Counted from the first letter of the stretch, positions 28,634 to 41,464 are shown. The stretch: DNA of 64,000 nt from Deferribacterales bacterium (GCA_050251945.1 JBFWLW010000004.1:1-64000); one strand, 5' to 3'. The notes: generated from the letters alone by a model not told the origin. Made by a program: numbers and translations.

Positions 28634-30529
28634 ATGAATGTAAGAGAAAAGAACCTGAATGTATTGCAGACAAGATATCCTGAAATATATAAAAGGGTGG
28701 CGGCTTTGCCGCAAAGCTCAAACTATGAGATAGTGCTGCCGCAGCGTGCGGGTATCGTGCCGAATATGCGCAACAAAACCACAGGAAGACTGTTCTATAA
28801 CGGTTTTAACCCCATGGCAGACGTTGAACAGGATCTCAGGTCGAGAAATATGAGGGTGAAGCAGTTCAACATTTTTCTCGGATGCGGCTTCATGTATCAG
28901 GTCTTTGCGATGTTCAAAATGTTCTCTATTCAGGGCGGATTGCACGTCATAATAGAAAAGAACGTGGACGCTTTCCGTTTTGTTCTGAATACTGTGGATA
29001 TTTCCGAAATGCTGGAGAACGGCAACACTCTCTTTTTTGTGGGCGAAGAACTGCCTGTGATATATACGCAGATGGTTAACGTACTTACGGCAACAGATTC
29101 AAAATTCTTTATAAAGACTATAAATTTTATCGAACAGCCCGTGGCGTTTTCCGAGAACAAGGAGTATTACCTCGACGTTGTCAGAACGATGAAAAGCGTC
29201 GTTAAGGAACTGCTTAATTATTTCGGAAACGACCCGCACGATTCGATGATAGGCATAGAACACACTTTTCTGAACATAGAGGAGATATTCGGGCATCCGG
29301 GGATAAACCAGCTTAAGGATGTTTTCAGAGGAAGACCGGGAGTTGTTGTAGCAACCGGACCTTCGCTGAACAGGAACGTGGAGTTGCTTCATGAGATATA
29401 CGACAGGGCTGTCATAGTCGGGGTGGATGCATCCCTTCGTGTTCTGAACAGGCGCGGTCTGAAACCTCATATGGTCTGTTCGCTTGAAAGGGTTGCTGCC
29501 ACATCAAAGCTGTTCGCAGATTTTGAAGACAACGTGTTCGAGGATGTATATTTTGCCGGAACACCTGTGGTTCACCCGCAGACATATGCAAACTTCAAAG
29601 GCAAACGCATAGTGGTTTACAGAAATTTCGCCACGTTCAAGTGGCTGGGCATAGAAAAGGGTATACTGGATATCGGACCCTCTTCGGGTAACATGTCGTT
29701 CAAACTGCTGGAATATATGGGATGTGACCCGATAATTCTCATAGGTCAGGATCTTGCATTCGGAGAGGACGGAAACACCCATGCCACAGGCAGTACATAC
29801 GGTGAGAAGGAGTCCGGCAACTTCAGCTATGCCGATGCGAATTCAGTTATGGTTGAGGGCAATTATGTGCCTCAGCTTCGTTCTTCAAAGGTCTGGAATA
29901 CCTTCCTTAACTATTACCACAAAGACGTCGTAAACTCGAAAGCAAGGGTTATAAACGCAACTGAGGGCGGAGCGAAGATACACGGTACTCAGCTTATGAC
30001 GTTCCGCGAGGCGATCGACAGATATATCGGCGAAAGTTTCAATCCGCTCGGTGTCATAGAGAGCACTCTTAAATATCCGGATGACGAGGTGCAGGACTCA
30101 CAGCGCCGCATGGTTCTGGATAAGGTCAATCAGGGGCTTGATACCTGTCGCCGCTCCATAACCGTGTTTAAGGACGCATACGCGCTGACAGACAGATATT
30201 TCACTGATGTCTGGATGCCCGCGCAGGACGGCAAGCCTTACGATGTTGAAAAAGGACTGGAACTGCTGGTTAAGATGGAGGATGCGAACGAGATATTTAA
30301 AGCGCCCGACTTTTTCAATGTTCTGATGCATTACGTTCAGTCATACGCCATCCGCACGCTTATTGAAGTTAACAATATACAGAACGAGGATGTTGCCGAG
30401 GACAAGAGACAGTTCAAAACGGCGCACGTTTTCAGGGATATGTATGCGGTAATGATTCAGCTTATAGAAAAGATGGAGCAGCTCCTTTCAATTCTGAAAC
30501 AGAATCTGGAAAAGAACATTAAAGCCTGA
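28634..30529 (+). CDS. Maf / DUF115 (MptE-like) motility-associated flagellin glycosyltransferase
   Basis: VVVATGPSL, GLKPHMV, GCDPIILIGQDLAF, VINATEGGAKI; divergent from flagellin 3. Confidence 0.88.
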   Translation: MNVREKNLNVLQTRYPEIYKRVAALPQSSNYEIVLPQRAGIVPNMRNKTTGRLFYNGFNPMADVEQDLRSRNMRVKQFNIFLGCGFMYQVFAMFKMFSIQGGLHVIIEKNVDAFRFVLNTVDISEMLENGNTLFFVGEELPVIYTQMVNVLTATDSKFFIKTINFIEQPVAFSENKEYYLDVVRTMKSVVKELLNYFGNDPHDSMIGIEHTFLNIEEIFGHPGINQLKDVFRGRPGVVVATGPSLNRNVELLHEIYDRAVIVGVDASLRVLNRRGLKPHMVCSLERVAATSKLFADFEDNVFEDVYFAGTPVVHPQTYANFKGKRIVVYRNFATFKWLGIEKGILDIGPSSGNMSFKLLEYMGCDPIILIGQDLAFGEDGNTHATGSTYGEKESGNFSYADANSVMVEGNYVPQLRSSKVWNTFLNYYHKDVVNSKARVINATEGGAKIHGTQLMTFREAIDRYIGESFNPLGVIESTLKYPDDEVQDSQRRMVLDKVNQGLDTCRRSITVFKDAYALTDRYFTDVWMPAQDGKPYDVEKGLELLVKMEDANEIFKAPDFFNVLMHYVQSYAIRTLIEVNNIQNEDVAEDKRQFKTAHVFRDMYAVMIQLIEKMEQLLSILKQNLEKNIKA

Positions 30530-31703
30530 TTATGGGTTTTGTGCATCCGGTGATGCATTCCGCTCCTTCTGACGTTACGATGTAAGTATTTTCAAGACCG
30601 ACAAGCCCTATGCCGGGGATTCCTCTTTTGGGTTCAACGGCGAACACGTTGTTCTCTTCGATGGGCGCGTCGAAACCTTTCGCTATCACAGGGTATTCGT
30701 CAATTACAAGCCCTATGCCGTGTCCGAGGAATTTCACCCGCTCGTCTTTCACGCCCATAAAATATTCAAGGAAGTCGTCATCAATGCCGTCCATGACCTC
30801 TTCATATATCTTTGAAGGGATCGCGCCGGGTTTAAGGCGTGAAACTGTCTCTTCGAGTATCTTCACACACCTGTCGTGGTATTCGTACGCAATGTCGGGC
30901 AGTGTGCCGAGTGAATAAACCTGCGTCTTGTCGGTGTAGTAGCCGTCAATTCCGCAGCCTATGTCTATGAAGATGAGTTCGTTGTCGTCAAGGATGCGGT
31001 CGGCGTTGCCGAAGAACGGTGCAGCGGGGCTGATGCCCAGAACTCCGCCGGGTCCGTCGAACGTATTGAAATACATTGAGTTGTCGCCGAAGCATACCTG
31101 CCCCAGAAACATTTCCGTGTTGAACATTGCAAGTCTTGCTATGCCCTGATGTCCGTTGTCCATCATATATTTAAGTATCTCGGAACCGAGTTCCTTCTCG
31201 CTTATGCCCTTTCTGACCACAGACGGAACGAATTCAGTGAGTGTTTCCCCATGGAGTCTGCCTGCGATCCGCATGATGTTCAGTTCATATTTTGTTTTCA
31301 CCGAACGGGTTACCGACAGGGCGAGGTCGCATGAAAGTGTCTCTTTGAAATTGAAATATTTATTCACCCGCTCGAAATAGGCGAGGGGTACGAATTCCTT
31401 TTCCATGTGGACACGGCTGCCGCAGTCTCCCGCGGCAGCGGCTATGTCCTTAAAACTGTTTATCTTTACGATATTTCCGAATTCAGATTCGTGTTCCGCA
31501 CGGTAAAAACTGCGGCGCACATAAAATACAGCGTCTTTGCCGCGGCGGATGAGGAGTATTCCGTTTTGCTGGGTACCCGTGAAGTAATAGATGTTTATCT
31601 TACTCACTATCATTGCCGTTTCCCAGTCCGGACAAAGCGCGTCCATTCCGGCGGTGAAGTTTGCCATCCTTACTTTCAGTTCGTCTGCGGGTATCCTGTT
31701 CAA
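30519..31703 (-). CDS. Xaa-Pro aminopeptidase family (M24)
   Basis: D.G...[26 protein letters not shown]. Confidence 0.9.
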   Translation of the reverse strand: MNRIPADELKVRMANFTAGMDALCPDWETAMIVSKINIYYFTGTQQNGILLIRRGKDAVFYVRRSFYRAEHESEFGNIVKINSFKDIAAAAGDCGSRVHMEKEFVPLAYFERVNKYFNFKETLSCDLALSVTRSVKTKYELNIMRIAGRLHGETLTEFVPSVVRKGISEKELGSEILKYMMDNGHQGIARLAMFNTEMFLGQVCFGDNSMYFNTFDGPGGVLGISPAAPFFGNADRILDDNELIFIDIGCGIDGYYTDKTQVYSLGTLPDIAYEYHDRCVKILEETVSRLKPGAIPSKIYEEVMDGIDDDFLEYFMGVKDERVKFLGHGIGLVIDEYPVIAKGFDAPIEENNVFAVEPKRGIPGIGLVGLENTYIVTSEGAECITGCTKPIIRL

Positions 31704-32635
31704 ATCAGTTCCTCAAGTGATATCTTTTTTGTAGCCAGAAGGTTGCGCATTTTGTTCAGAACGCGTTTTTCTATCTGGCGCACGCGTTCCCGCGTGATGC
31801 CGAGGTCGTTGCCGATTGCCTCAAGGGTTTCCGGATCGTTGCCCCCAAGTCCGTATCGGCGGACAATTATAACCTTTTCGTTTTCCGACAGGAAGGTCAG
31901 CCATTTGAAGATGATGTCCTTCTTGCTGGAATTTTCGATGCGCATGTAGGGATCGCTGTATTTCTCATCATCGGTTATAAACTCGTGCAGTGTACTGCTT
32001 TCGTCGCTGCCCACGGGCATATCGAGCGACGTATCCTGCTTGATGGCATCGAATACTTTTTTCAGTGTGGAAAGGGGCATTTTGCAAGCGGTGGAGAGTT
32101 CGTGGATGGTGGGTTCGCGTCCCATCTGCTGCTGCAGGTCGGTTTGCGCGCGCATAACCTTACTGATATTCTCTGACATATGCACGGGAATGCGCACCAT
32201 CCGGCACTGGTTGATTATGGCGCGTTCAATCGCCTGACGTATCCACCATGTGGCATAGGTGCTGAACTTGAATCCCTTTGTGTAGTCGAATTTTTCCACA
32301 GCTTTCAGCAGACCGATGTTTCCCTCTTCAACGAGGTCGACAAGGTTCATGCCGCGGTTGATGTACTTCTTCGCGATGGACACAACGAGACGCAGGTTGC
32401 ATTTTATCATTGTTTCTTTGCTCTGGGGGCATCCTTTTTCGATCCCCTGAGACAGCTCCACCTCTTCCTCTCTTGTGAGGACGGGGTATTTGGAAATTTC
32501 GTTGAGGTAGATTTTGAAGACTTCAAGATCGTCTGATGAATAATCAACTTTGACGTCTATTTCGACTTCAAACTCTTCAACTTTGCCGTCAAAATCTTCC
32601 TCGATCTTGTCTTCGAGTATTTCGCCTTCGTTCAT
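31700..32635 (-). CDS. rpoS: Sigma70-family factor, RpoS-like
   Basis: [46 protein letters not shown]; no region 1.1; next to pcm. Confidence 0.7.
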   Translation of the reverse strand: MNEGEILEDKIEEDFDGKVEEFEVEIDVKVDYSSDDLEVFKIYLNEISKYPVLTREEEVELSQGIEKGCPQSKETMIKCNLRLVVSIAKKYINRGMNLVDLVEEGNIGLLKAVEKFDYTKGFKFSTYATWWIRQAIERAIINQCRMVRIPVHMSENISKVMRAQTDLQQQMGREPTIHELSTACKMPLSTLKKVFDAIKQDTSLDMPVGSDESSTLHEFITDDEKYSDPYMRIENSSKKDIIFKWLTFLSENEKVIIVRRYGLGGNDPETLEAIGNDLGITRERVRQIEKRVLNKMRNLLATKKISLEELI

Positions 32636-32953
32636 AACAGCTCCGAAAATAAAGGGGGTAAGTTGGTATTCGTGCAGGATGCACGACTATTTTGGATCTC
32701 CGGACAACAAATGTCTGAAATATGAATTAAGAACAGTATGCACCCGCCATGTGTCAACCGAGCCGTTCTGTGGATAATGGTTTTGTGTTCCATACTCCCG
32801 TCTCCTGCGGTGCAAACCGGGCAGTTTTCTGAAAACTGCACTTGATATATAAAGCACGCCTTGAAAGCATTGTAACGGAGTTATAAAAAAAAGGAAAGAA
32901 CTAAATAATCAACGAAAAGGAAATTTTGCATTTTTCCTTGACTTTTGTCATTA

Positions 32954-34497
<1,544 letters not shown>

Positions 34498-34507
34498 TCA
34501 ACAAATG

Positions 34508-35503
34508 TTATTCGGCGTAAACGCCTTCGTCATTCGCCCAGTTAACTGCTTTTTCTATCTCCTGCGAAAGGGAAAAAACAGCCATAGCGTAGTTTACCCG
34601 CGGGTTATAGCGCGAGATGGCGTAAAAGTTGTTGAAGAATATCCAGTATTCCTTTCCGTCCGTGCCGTCAAGTGTGTAAAGTGTGACCTTTGCGTCGGTC
34701 GGGAAATCTCCTCTGGGGGTTATGCCGCTGTCAGTCAGTTCCTGAAGAGTTTTTGACGGGCGCATTGAGCGGCTGTTGTACGTCTGCCATGTATCGCCGG
34801 AAACGTCCGCCTGAACAGCGACCGGATCTCCGAGTATGTATCTGTGACCTGACAGATATTTCGCAACGCTTCCGATAGCATCCGTCATGGAGTTCACAAG
34901 GTCTGTTTTACCGTCCCCGTCGAAGTCCACGCCGTAGCTGTCAAAATTGGAAGGCATGAACTGCGGATAACCGATGGCGCCCGCATATGAGCCTTTGTAT
35001 GTCAGCGGATCAACGTCTTCGCGGTCGGCTATAATGAACAGCCATTGCAGTTCTTTTGTGAAGAACGCGCTCCGGTTCGGCGAGTTGAATGCCAGCGTTG
35101 CCAGCATGTCCGCCGCGCGCAGTTTAAGCTGATATTTGCCGTAATTTGTTTCCACACCGAGGATGGCGGCTATGACGTATCTGCTCACCCCGAACTGGTG
35201 TTCCGCACGGATAAGGTCGCCTTCATTGGCAAGATAAAAATCCAGTCCGCCACGGATACGGTCGTCGGTGATAAACAGTTTTTTGTATTCTCCCCAAGGT
35301 TTTGCCTCAGTCGGTTTCGCAGTTCTGTTCAGAGCCAACTCCTTGATGTCAGTACCGTACAGCCACCATTCCACCTTATCGGCGGGAACCCCGTAACAGC
35401 TTTCCATATTGGCGGCGAATTCGTGGATATCCTTGTTGATCTCGAAAGCCTCCGAACGGGCGAAGAGCGTCATAGTTAAAAGAAATAGCAGGTATTTTTT
35501 CAT
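34508..35503 (-). CDS. mltB: Lytic murein transglycosylase B
   Basis: ILGVETNYG, GSYAGAIGYPQFMPS, DFDGDG, NFYAISRYN...YA. Confidence 0.92.
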   Translation of the reverse strand: MKKYLLFLLTMTLFARSEAFEINKDIHEFAANMESCYGVPADKVEWWLYGTDIKELALNRTAKPTEAKPWGEYKKLFITDDRIRGGLDFYLANEGDLIRAEHQFGVSRYVIAAILGVETNYGKYQLKLRAADMLATLAFNSPNRSAFFTKELQWLFIIADREDVDPLTYKGSYAGAIGYPQFMPSNFDSYGVDFDGDGKTDLVNSMTDAIGSVAKYLSGHRYILGDPVAVQADVSGDTWQTYNSRSMRPSKTLQELTDSGITPRGDFPTDAKVTLYTLDGTDGKEYWIFFNNFYAISRYNPRVNYAMAVFSLSQEIEKAVNWANDEGVYAE

Positions 35504-35610
35504 AAGAGTTTCTGGTCTTTTATTTATTTTAGTTTATAATCGGATAGACAGTATTAAAGCATGAATGTTTTAAAATAAATAGTTTTTTTGGGACAATGTG
35601 AGGTAAAGAC

Positions 35611-35684
35611 GGGATCGCCGCGTCGCTGCGCTCCTCGCGAAGACGGACTTCCGTCTCTGCGAGGGCTTCAGCCGAAGCAGTCTC
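35611..35684. repeat. REP-like doublet (GATCGC...TCGCGAAGACG + GTCTCTGCGA...GCAGTCTC)
   Basis: Same family as 283-433. Confidence 0.8.
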
Positions 35685-35703
35685 AGATAACGGAGATAAA
35701 AAT

Positions 35704-36345
35704 ATGCTTGTAGCCCCTTCAATATTAAGTGCGGATTTTTCAAAACTCGGTGAGGAGATTGCCGCCATAGACAGTGCCGGAGCCGACTGGATACACCTTG
35801 ACGTTATGGACGGAATGTTTGTTCCGAACATAACGTTCGGCGCGCCTGTCATTAAGGCATTGAGGCAGACCACGCAGAAAGTATTCGACGCGCACCTTAT
35901 GATAGAAAAACCGGACAGATACCTTGAAGATTTCGCCGAAGCGGGCTGCGACTATATAACAGTGCATCAGGAAGCGTGCGTTCACCTGCACAGAACCATA
36001 CACCGCATAAAGGAACTGGGCAAAAAGGCGGGAGTGTCACTGAACCCTGCAACGAGCCTTGCGACCATTGAGGAGATACTGCCCGACGTGGACATGGTGC
36101 TTCTTATGAGCGTCAACCCCGGGTTCGGCGGACAAAAGTTCATAGAGAACACATACGGTAAGATAATGATGCTGCGTCAGATGAAAAAAGAGGGAAAACT
36201 TAATTTTATTATACAGGTTGACGGCGGCGTGAACGGACAAAACATTGAAAGACTTGCCAAAATGGGCTGTGAATGCGTCGTTGCCGGAAGCTATGTGTTT
36301 AACAGCGGAGATTATAAAACGGCGATAGACAGTTTGAAAATGTAA
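35704..36345 (+). CDS. rpe: Ribulose-phosphate 3-epimerase
   Basis: [30 protein letters not shown]. Confidence 0.97.
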   Translation: MLVAPSILSADFSKLGEEIAAIDSAGADWIHLDVMDGMFVPNITFGAPVIKALRQTTQKVFDAHLMIEKPDRYLEDFAEAGCDYITVHQEACVHLHRTIHRIKELGKKAGVSLNPATSLATIEEILPDVDMVLLMSVNPGFGGQKFIENTYGKIMMLRQMKKEGKLNFIIQVDGGVNGQNIERLAKMGCECVVAGSYVFNSGDYKTAIDSLKM

Positions 36346-36426
36346 AAAAAGATTTTACGTTTCAATCACATTACAAACGCTCGTCCGTATGTTATAATTA
36401 TTCAACAAAAATTATAACGGAGGAAA

Positions 36427-36789
36427 ATGATGGGTGTGACGATACTTGTTGTTGACGACGAACCGGAAATCAGGCTCCTTTACCGTTCGGAACTGGAAGA
36501 CAGAGGCTTTAATATCATAGAGGCATCAGGCTCCGCCGAGTGTTACGATGCCCTTGCGAAAAACAGTGTTGATCTTGTGCTGCTTGACATAAAACTCAAA
36601 GGCGAAAGCGGCATCGATATACTGCAAAACCTTTCGTCGCGCGAAAACAAGGTAAAGGTGATACTTGCCACTGCTTACAGCGCATATCAGGACGATTTTT
36701 CCACATGGCTTGCCGACGGATATTGGGTCAAGTCCCTTGAGTTTGACAATCTGATCGAAGAAATTAATAAGGTACTGCATAAAAATTAG
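36427..36789 (+). CDS. Single-domain response regulator
   Basis: ILVVDDE, LVLLDI, TAY, K. Confidence 0.92.
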   Translation: MMGVTILVVDDEPEIRLLYRSELEDRGFNIIEASGSAECYDALAKNSVDLVLLDIKLKGESGIDILQNLSSRENKVKVILATAYSAYQDDFSTWLADGYWVKSLEFDNLIEEINKVLHKN

Positions 36790-36790
36790 G

Positions 36791-36833
36791 CGCACGGATG
36801 TGCGAAACTCAATAAATGACAGGATGTCATTTT
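36791..36833 (+). repeat. Two GGA-loop hairpins upstream of the glucan cluster
   Basis: CGCA-CGGATG-TGCG and AAATGAC-AGGAT-GTCATTT. Confidence 0.6.
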
Positions 36834-36870
36834 TTGTGAGATTAATTAATTAATTTTCGGAGTGATTCTT

Positions 36871-39369
36871 ATGAAAGCTGTTGTTATGGCGGGAGGATTC
36901 GGAACGAGAATCCAGCCGCTCACTTCAAGTATGCCCAAACCCATGATACCCGTTTTCAACAGACCCATGATGGAATACATCATCGGTTCGCTCAAAGCGG
37001 CCGGCATAGTGGACATAGTCATACTTCTCTATTTCAAACCTGATGTCATAAAAGGATATTTCGGCGACGGCTCCGACTTTGGCGTCAGGATAAACTATGT
37101 CCTTCCCGACGACGACTACGGCACTGCCGGAGCTGTTAAAAAAGCTCAGAAATACCTTGATGAAAGGTTCATAATCGTAAGCGGCGACCTTATCACCGAT
37201 TTCAAGATTCAGGAGATAATCGGTTTTCACGAGGTCAAAAACTCGCTTGCAACCATCACGCTTACATCCGTTCCCGACCCGCTGCAGTTCGGCGTTGTTA
37301 TAACTGACAAGGAGAGCAAGATTCTCCGTTTCCTCGAGAAACCGGGCTGGGGCGAGGTTTTCAGCGACACGATAAACACCGGTATCTACGTTTTCGAGCC
37401 GGAGATACTGCAATATATTCCAGAAGATTCAAACTTCGACTTTTCCAAAGACCTGTTCCCGAAACTGATGGCGAGCGGGATAGATATTTTCGGTTACAAC
37501 GCAAAAGGTTACTGGCGCGATGTTGGCAACCCCGATTCATACCGCGCGGCGCTTCTTGACATCATGGAAGGGCAGGTGACGCTTCCCTTCACAGGCACAC
37601 TGCGCGAGGAAAAATCCGCCCATATTTACATAGGAAACAACTGTGAAATTGACGAATCCGCCCGTTTCGAGGGGCTTGTGGTTATAGACGACGGCTGTGT
37701 CATCAAAAAAGATTCGGTGATAACAGATTCGGTGATCGGCAGGAACAGCGTTGTGGAGGAAAAGGTTAAGATCACTGACTCTATCCTCTGGAATGATTGT
37801 CTGGCGGGCAAAAGCAGCGTACTCAGGAACGCTGTGCTTTGCGACAGGGTAAAACTGGGTTCAAGCGTTAAGGCTGAACACGGTGTTATCATTGCAGAAG
37901 GCACGGAGGTCGGCAATCAGGTCATATTTGAAAAAGACGTGATGGTCTGGCCTGAAAAGCAGATAGAGGCAGGCTCAATCGTCAGCAGCAACCTAATCTG
38001 GGGCGATAAATGGAAGAAATCCATTTTTGAAGGCGGCAAGGTGTCCGCAAGAACAAACGTCGAGCTTTCACCAGATATGGCGGCGAAACTCGGTGCGGCG
38101 CTGGGAAGCCAGCTGCCTCAGGGATGCCGCGTGCTGATGTCCAGAGACTATGACAGAGCTTCGCGAATGTTGAAAAGATGTTTCCTCGGCGGTCTGCTCT
38201 CAACAGGTGTCAATGTTACCGAACTGCGCATGACTCCTCTGCCTATCATGAGGCACAAACTGTCCATGTTCGGCGAGGTGGCGGGTGTTTATTTCCGTCA
38301 GTGCCAGTCCGATCCGACGAATACCGAGATCCTTTTCTATGACGATTCCTCACTGCTCATCGACAGCAACACGGAGAAGAACGTCGAACGCATCTTCTTC
38401 CGGGAAAACTATCGCAGAGCAACGCAGGACGATATAGGCGAAATTTACGACCAGATGATGGTCAACGAATTTTATAAAGAGGGAGTGTTGAAAAATATCG
38501 ACATAACGCTCCTGAAAAGCCGCAGAAGCAAAATAGTGGCTGACCTTACAAACGGCACCACGGATATGATTTTCCCCGAACTTCTCAACAAGGCTGGGAT
38601 TGATGCCGTTGTTCTGAACGCATACCGCGACGAGAAGAAGCTTTCAAGAACCATGCACCAGAGCGAAATGAGCTTCAGAGAGGTATCTGACATCGTTAAG
38701 GTTACTGAATCCGAACTGGGAATTGTGGTTTATCCGCATGGCGAACGGTTGGGGATTATAACCGACAAAGGCGAGATGCTTTCCGAGGATAAGGCGCTGA
38801 TGTTCATGCTGAAACTCATCGACCTCACCGCGAAGAGCAAACTCAGGGTATATCTGCCTGCATACGCACCCACGGTGCTTGACGATTCGCTGATGAACGT
38901 TGAGATAACACGCGGCAAAGGGAGCGGCATTAAGGCGGAATTCCTGCGGAACTTCTATTTCACAGGCGACCTTAACCGGAATTTCATATTCATTAAGAAC
39001 GGAATACATGCCGACGCCATGTTCAGCTCGCTGAAAATGCTGGAGATGATGGCAAGGCACAACGTAAAAATAAGCGACGTGCTGAAAACAATACCCGACT
39101 ATTATTTCAGCCACACTGTCATCAACTGCCCGCTTGAGATGAAGGGCTATCTGATGCGTAAAATAAGCGAAGAGGCTATGGACAAAGAGGCTTCTTTCCT
39201 TGACGGCATCAAGATAATGTTCAAGGGAAAGGGCTGGGTGCATATGGTTCCGGATCAGTTCACGGCGAACGTCCACCTTTATGTGGAGGCGGTGAGCGAG
39301 AGGGAATACGGTCGTTTGCACGGTGAATTTAAAGAAAAGATAAACGGATGGCTTCAGGAGCAGGAGTAG
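36871..39369 (+). CDS. Sugar-1-phosphate nucleotidyltransferase (ManC-like) with hexapeptide domain, fused to a degenerate phosphohexomutase
   Basis: MAGGFGTR...PKPM, FLEKP, DFSKDLFP, YWRDVG; C-terminal PGM/PMM fold. Confidence 0.88.
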   Translation: MKAVVMAGGFGTRIQPLTSSMPKPMIPVFNRPMMEYIIGSLKAAGIVDIVILLYFKPDVIKGYFGDGSDFGVRINYVLPDDDYGTAGAVKKAQKYLDERFIIVSGDLITDFKIQEIIGFHEVKNSLATITLTSVPDPLQFGVVITDKESKILRFLEKPGWGEVFSDTINTGIYVFEPEILQYIPEDSNFDFSKDLFPKLMASGIDIFGYNAKGYWRDVGNPDSYRAALLDIMEGQVTLPFTGTLREEKSAHIYIGNNCEIDESARFEGLVVIDDGCVIKKDSVITDSVIGRNSVVEEKVKITDSILWNDCLAGKSSVLRNAVLCDRVKLGSSVKAEHGVIIAEGTEVGNQVIFEKDVMVWPEKQIEAGSIVSSNLIWGDKWKKSIFEGGKVSARTNVELSPDMAAKLGAALGSQLPQGCRVLMSRDYDRASRMLKRCFLGGLLSTGVNVTELRMTPLPIMRHKLSMFGEVAGVYFRQCQSDPTNTEILFYDDSSLLIDSNTEKNVERIFFRENYRRATQDDIGEIYDQMMVNEFYKEGVLKNIDITLLKSRRSKIVADLTNGTTDMIFPELLNKAGIDAVVLNAYRDEKKLSRTMHQSEMSFREVSDIVKVTESELGIVVYPHGERLGIITDKGEMLSEDKALMFMLKLIDLTAKSKLRVYLPAYAPTVLDDSLMNVEITRGKGSGIKAEFLRNFYFTGDLNRNFIFIKNGIHADAMFSSLKMLEMMARHNVKISDVLKTIPDYYFSHTVINCPLEMKGYLMRKISEEAMDKEASFLDGIKIMFKGKGWVHMVPDQFTANVHLYVEAVSEREYGRLHGEFKEKINGWLQEQE

Positions 39370-39370
39370 T

Positions 39371-41464
39371 ATGAAGAAACTCAGGCTGTGTTTCCTATGG
39401 CATATGCACCAGCCATATTATAAGGATGACCTTGACGGGCTGTATCATATGCCGTGGGTGTATCTGCATGCCCTGAAGGATTACTACGAACTTCCATATT
39501 ATCACAAGATATTTACAAAGATAAAGGGTACATATAATCTTGTACCCTCTCTCCTTGTCCAGCTCGCGGATTATACCTCTGCGGGCGTTTCGGACATATT
39601 CATAAAACTGATGCTGAAAGACGTTCGCGAGCTTACGCAGGATGAGAAAAATATTCTTATCCCTCAGCTTTTTATGGCGAACTACAAGAATCAGGTGAAA
39701 CCGCTGAAAAGATATCGCGAGCTTTATGACCGCAAGGGTGACACTCCTCTGTTTGAAACAGCGAAGCTGAACTATTCCGATCAGGATATTCTTGATCTTG
39801 AGGTGATGTACCTCATAAGCTGGTGCGGTGTGTTTACGCGCAAAGATGTCCCGTTTGCTCAGGAACTTATTAAGAAGGGCAGGGATTTTCTGCACAACGA
39901 TAAGCTGCACTTCATGGACAAACTGGCGGAGTTTGTCGCGTCGATAGTTCCGCTTTATAAAGATTTACAGAATAACGGAAATATCGAGGTTTCGGCAACT
40001 CCTTTCTATCACCCGATACTGCCGCTTCTGCTCGACCCGAAAAGTGCGAAAGAGGCGCTGCCCGACATCTCCATGCCCAGCATATCGGTGGATTTTTTAC
40101 CGCATGCGCGGGTTCATGTGCAGTCGGCTGTTGACTATTATCAGGAGATATTCGATTCCCCGCCCAAAGGCATGTGGCCTGCGGAGGGGAGTATTTCAAA
40201 TAAAGCTGCGGAGCTTTTCAAAAACTGCGGCATAGGCTGGATTGCCAGCGACGAGGACGTGCTTTCAGCTTCCATAGGGCGCGACCTGCGGGACAAACAG
40301 CAGAGACAGAGACTTTACAAACGCCATGGGTTCAGCACACCCGACGGCAGTATAAATATATTTTTCAGAGACAAGGAACTTTCAGACCTTGTGGGTTTCA
40401 CCTACAGTAGCTGGGAAGCGGAAAAAGCTGTTGATGATTTCATGACCAAACTGTCTGAAATCTATGATATGTGCGATTTTTCGCCCGTTGTTCCTGTTAT
40501 TCTGGATGGCGAGAATGCGTGGGAATATTACCCTGAAAACGCATCAAAATTCTTTGAACTGCTTTATACGAGGCTCTCTGCGTGCAACTGGATCGAGACG
40601 CTCACAATGAGCGAGGCGGCGGAGTGCGACACTCCCGAAGAGCCTCTGGACAGGATACGCGCCGGTTCATGGATATATGCGAACTTTACCACTTGGATGG
40701 GACATCCCGAAAAGAACGAGGCGTGGCGGATACTCTCCGACGCATACATCAGATATGCCGCGAAAGCGCATGCGGCTCAGGATATTTCGGCTGTTGAAAA
40801 GGAGCTTTATGCTGCGGAGGGTTCGGACTGGTTCTGGTGGTACGGCGACGATCATTTCAGCTTGCAGTCTGACGTTTTCGACAAGCTTTTCCGCAGACAC
40901 ATTGCCAACGTTTACACTCTGCTCGGTGAAAAAGTGCCGCCGGAAGTTCATCAGCCCATTAAGAAAAGTCATAAATCCGGACTGCTGAAAACACCTGCGG
41001 GCGAGATGACTCCAGTCATTGACGGCAAAGTGACGAGCTTTTTTGAATGGCTCGGCGGCGGACGGTTCGACCTGAAATTTGATGCAGGCGCAATGACGGC
41101 ATCGTCGAACGTTCTGCATATGCTCTGGTTCGGTTATGACCCGCAGAATTTTTATCTGCGGATAGACGGGACTTTCAGGGATATTCTGAATCTTGGATAT
41201 GAGCTTGAGGCGGAGATAACGGCGGGTGAGACGAAATCCGTTCTTTTTCCGCTTGTTTATGAATTCAGCGGAAACAGCGGGGAAACTTCCTGCTGTGAAT
41301 CGGTTTTTGAGGCATCCGTACCTCGCGTATACGCCAACGGCTCGGACAAGATATATTTGACATTCCGCCTGCGCCGCGACGGACGCATAATTGAAACGGC
41401 ACCAGTGTACAATACCGTCGAGATAGACCTGTCGCATGACGGCAGACAGGACTGGATAGCATAA
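39371..41464 (+). CDS. GH57 amylopullulanase-like protein
   Basis: WHMHQP, HPILPL, GMWPAE, LDGENAWE, AEGSDWFWW. Confidence 0.9.
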   Translation: MKKLRLCFLWHMHQPYYKDDLDGLYHMPWVYLHALKDYYELPYYHKIFTKIKGTYNLVPSLLVQLADYTSAGVSDIFIKLMLKDVRELTQDEKNILIPQLFMANYKNQVKPLKRYRELYDRKGDTPLFETAKLNYSDQDILDLEVMYLISWCGVFTRKDVPFAQELIKKGRDFLHNDKLHFMDKLAEFVASIVPLYKDLQNNGNIEVSATPFYHPILPLLLDPKSAKEALPDISMPSISVDFLPHARVHVQSAVDYYQEIFDSPPKGMWPAEGSISNKAAELFKNCGIGWIASDEDVLSASIGRDLRDKQQRQRLYKRHGFSTPDGSINIFFRDKELSDLVGFTYSSWEAEKAVDDFMTKLSEIYDMCDFSPVVPVILDGENAWEYYPENASKFFELLYTRLSACNWIETLTMSEAAECDTPEEPLDRIRAGSWIYANFTTWMGHPEKNEAWRILSDAYIRYAAKAHAAQDISAVEKELYAAEGSDWFWWYGDDHFSLQSDVFDKLFRRHIANVYTLLGEKVPPEVHQPIKKSHKSGLLKTPAGEMTPVIDGKVTSFFEWLGGGRFDLKFDAGAMTASSNVLHMLWFGYDPQNFYLRIDGTFRDILNLGYELEAEITAGETKSVLFPLVYEFSGNSGETSCCESVFEASVPRVYANGSDKIYLTFRLRRDGRIIETAPVYNTVEIDLSHDGRQDWIA

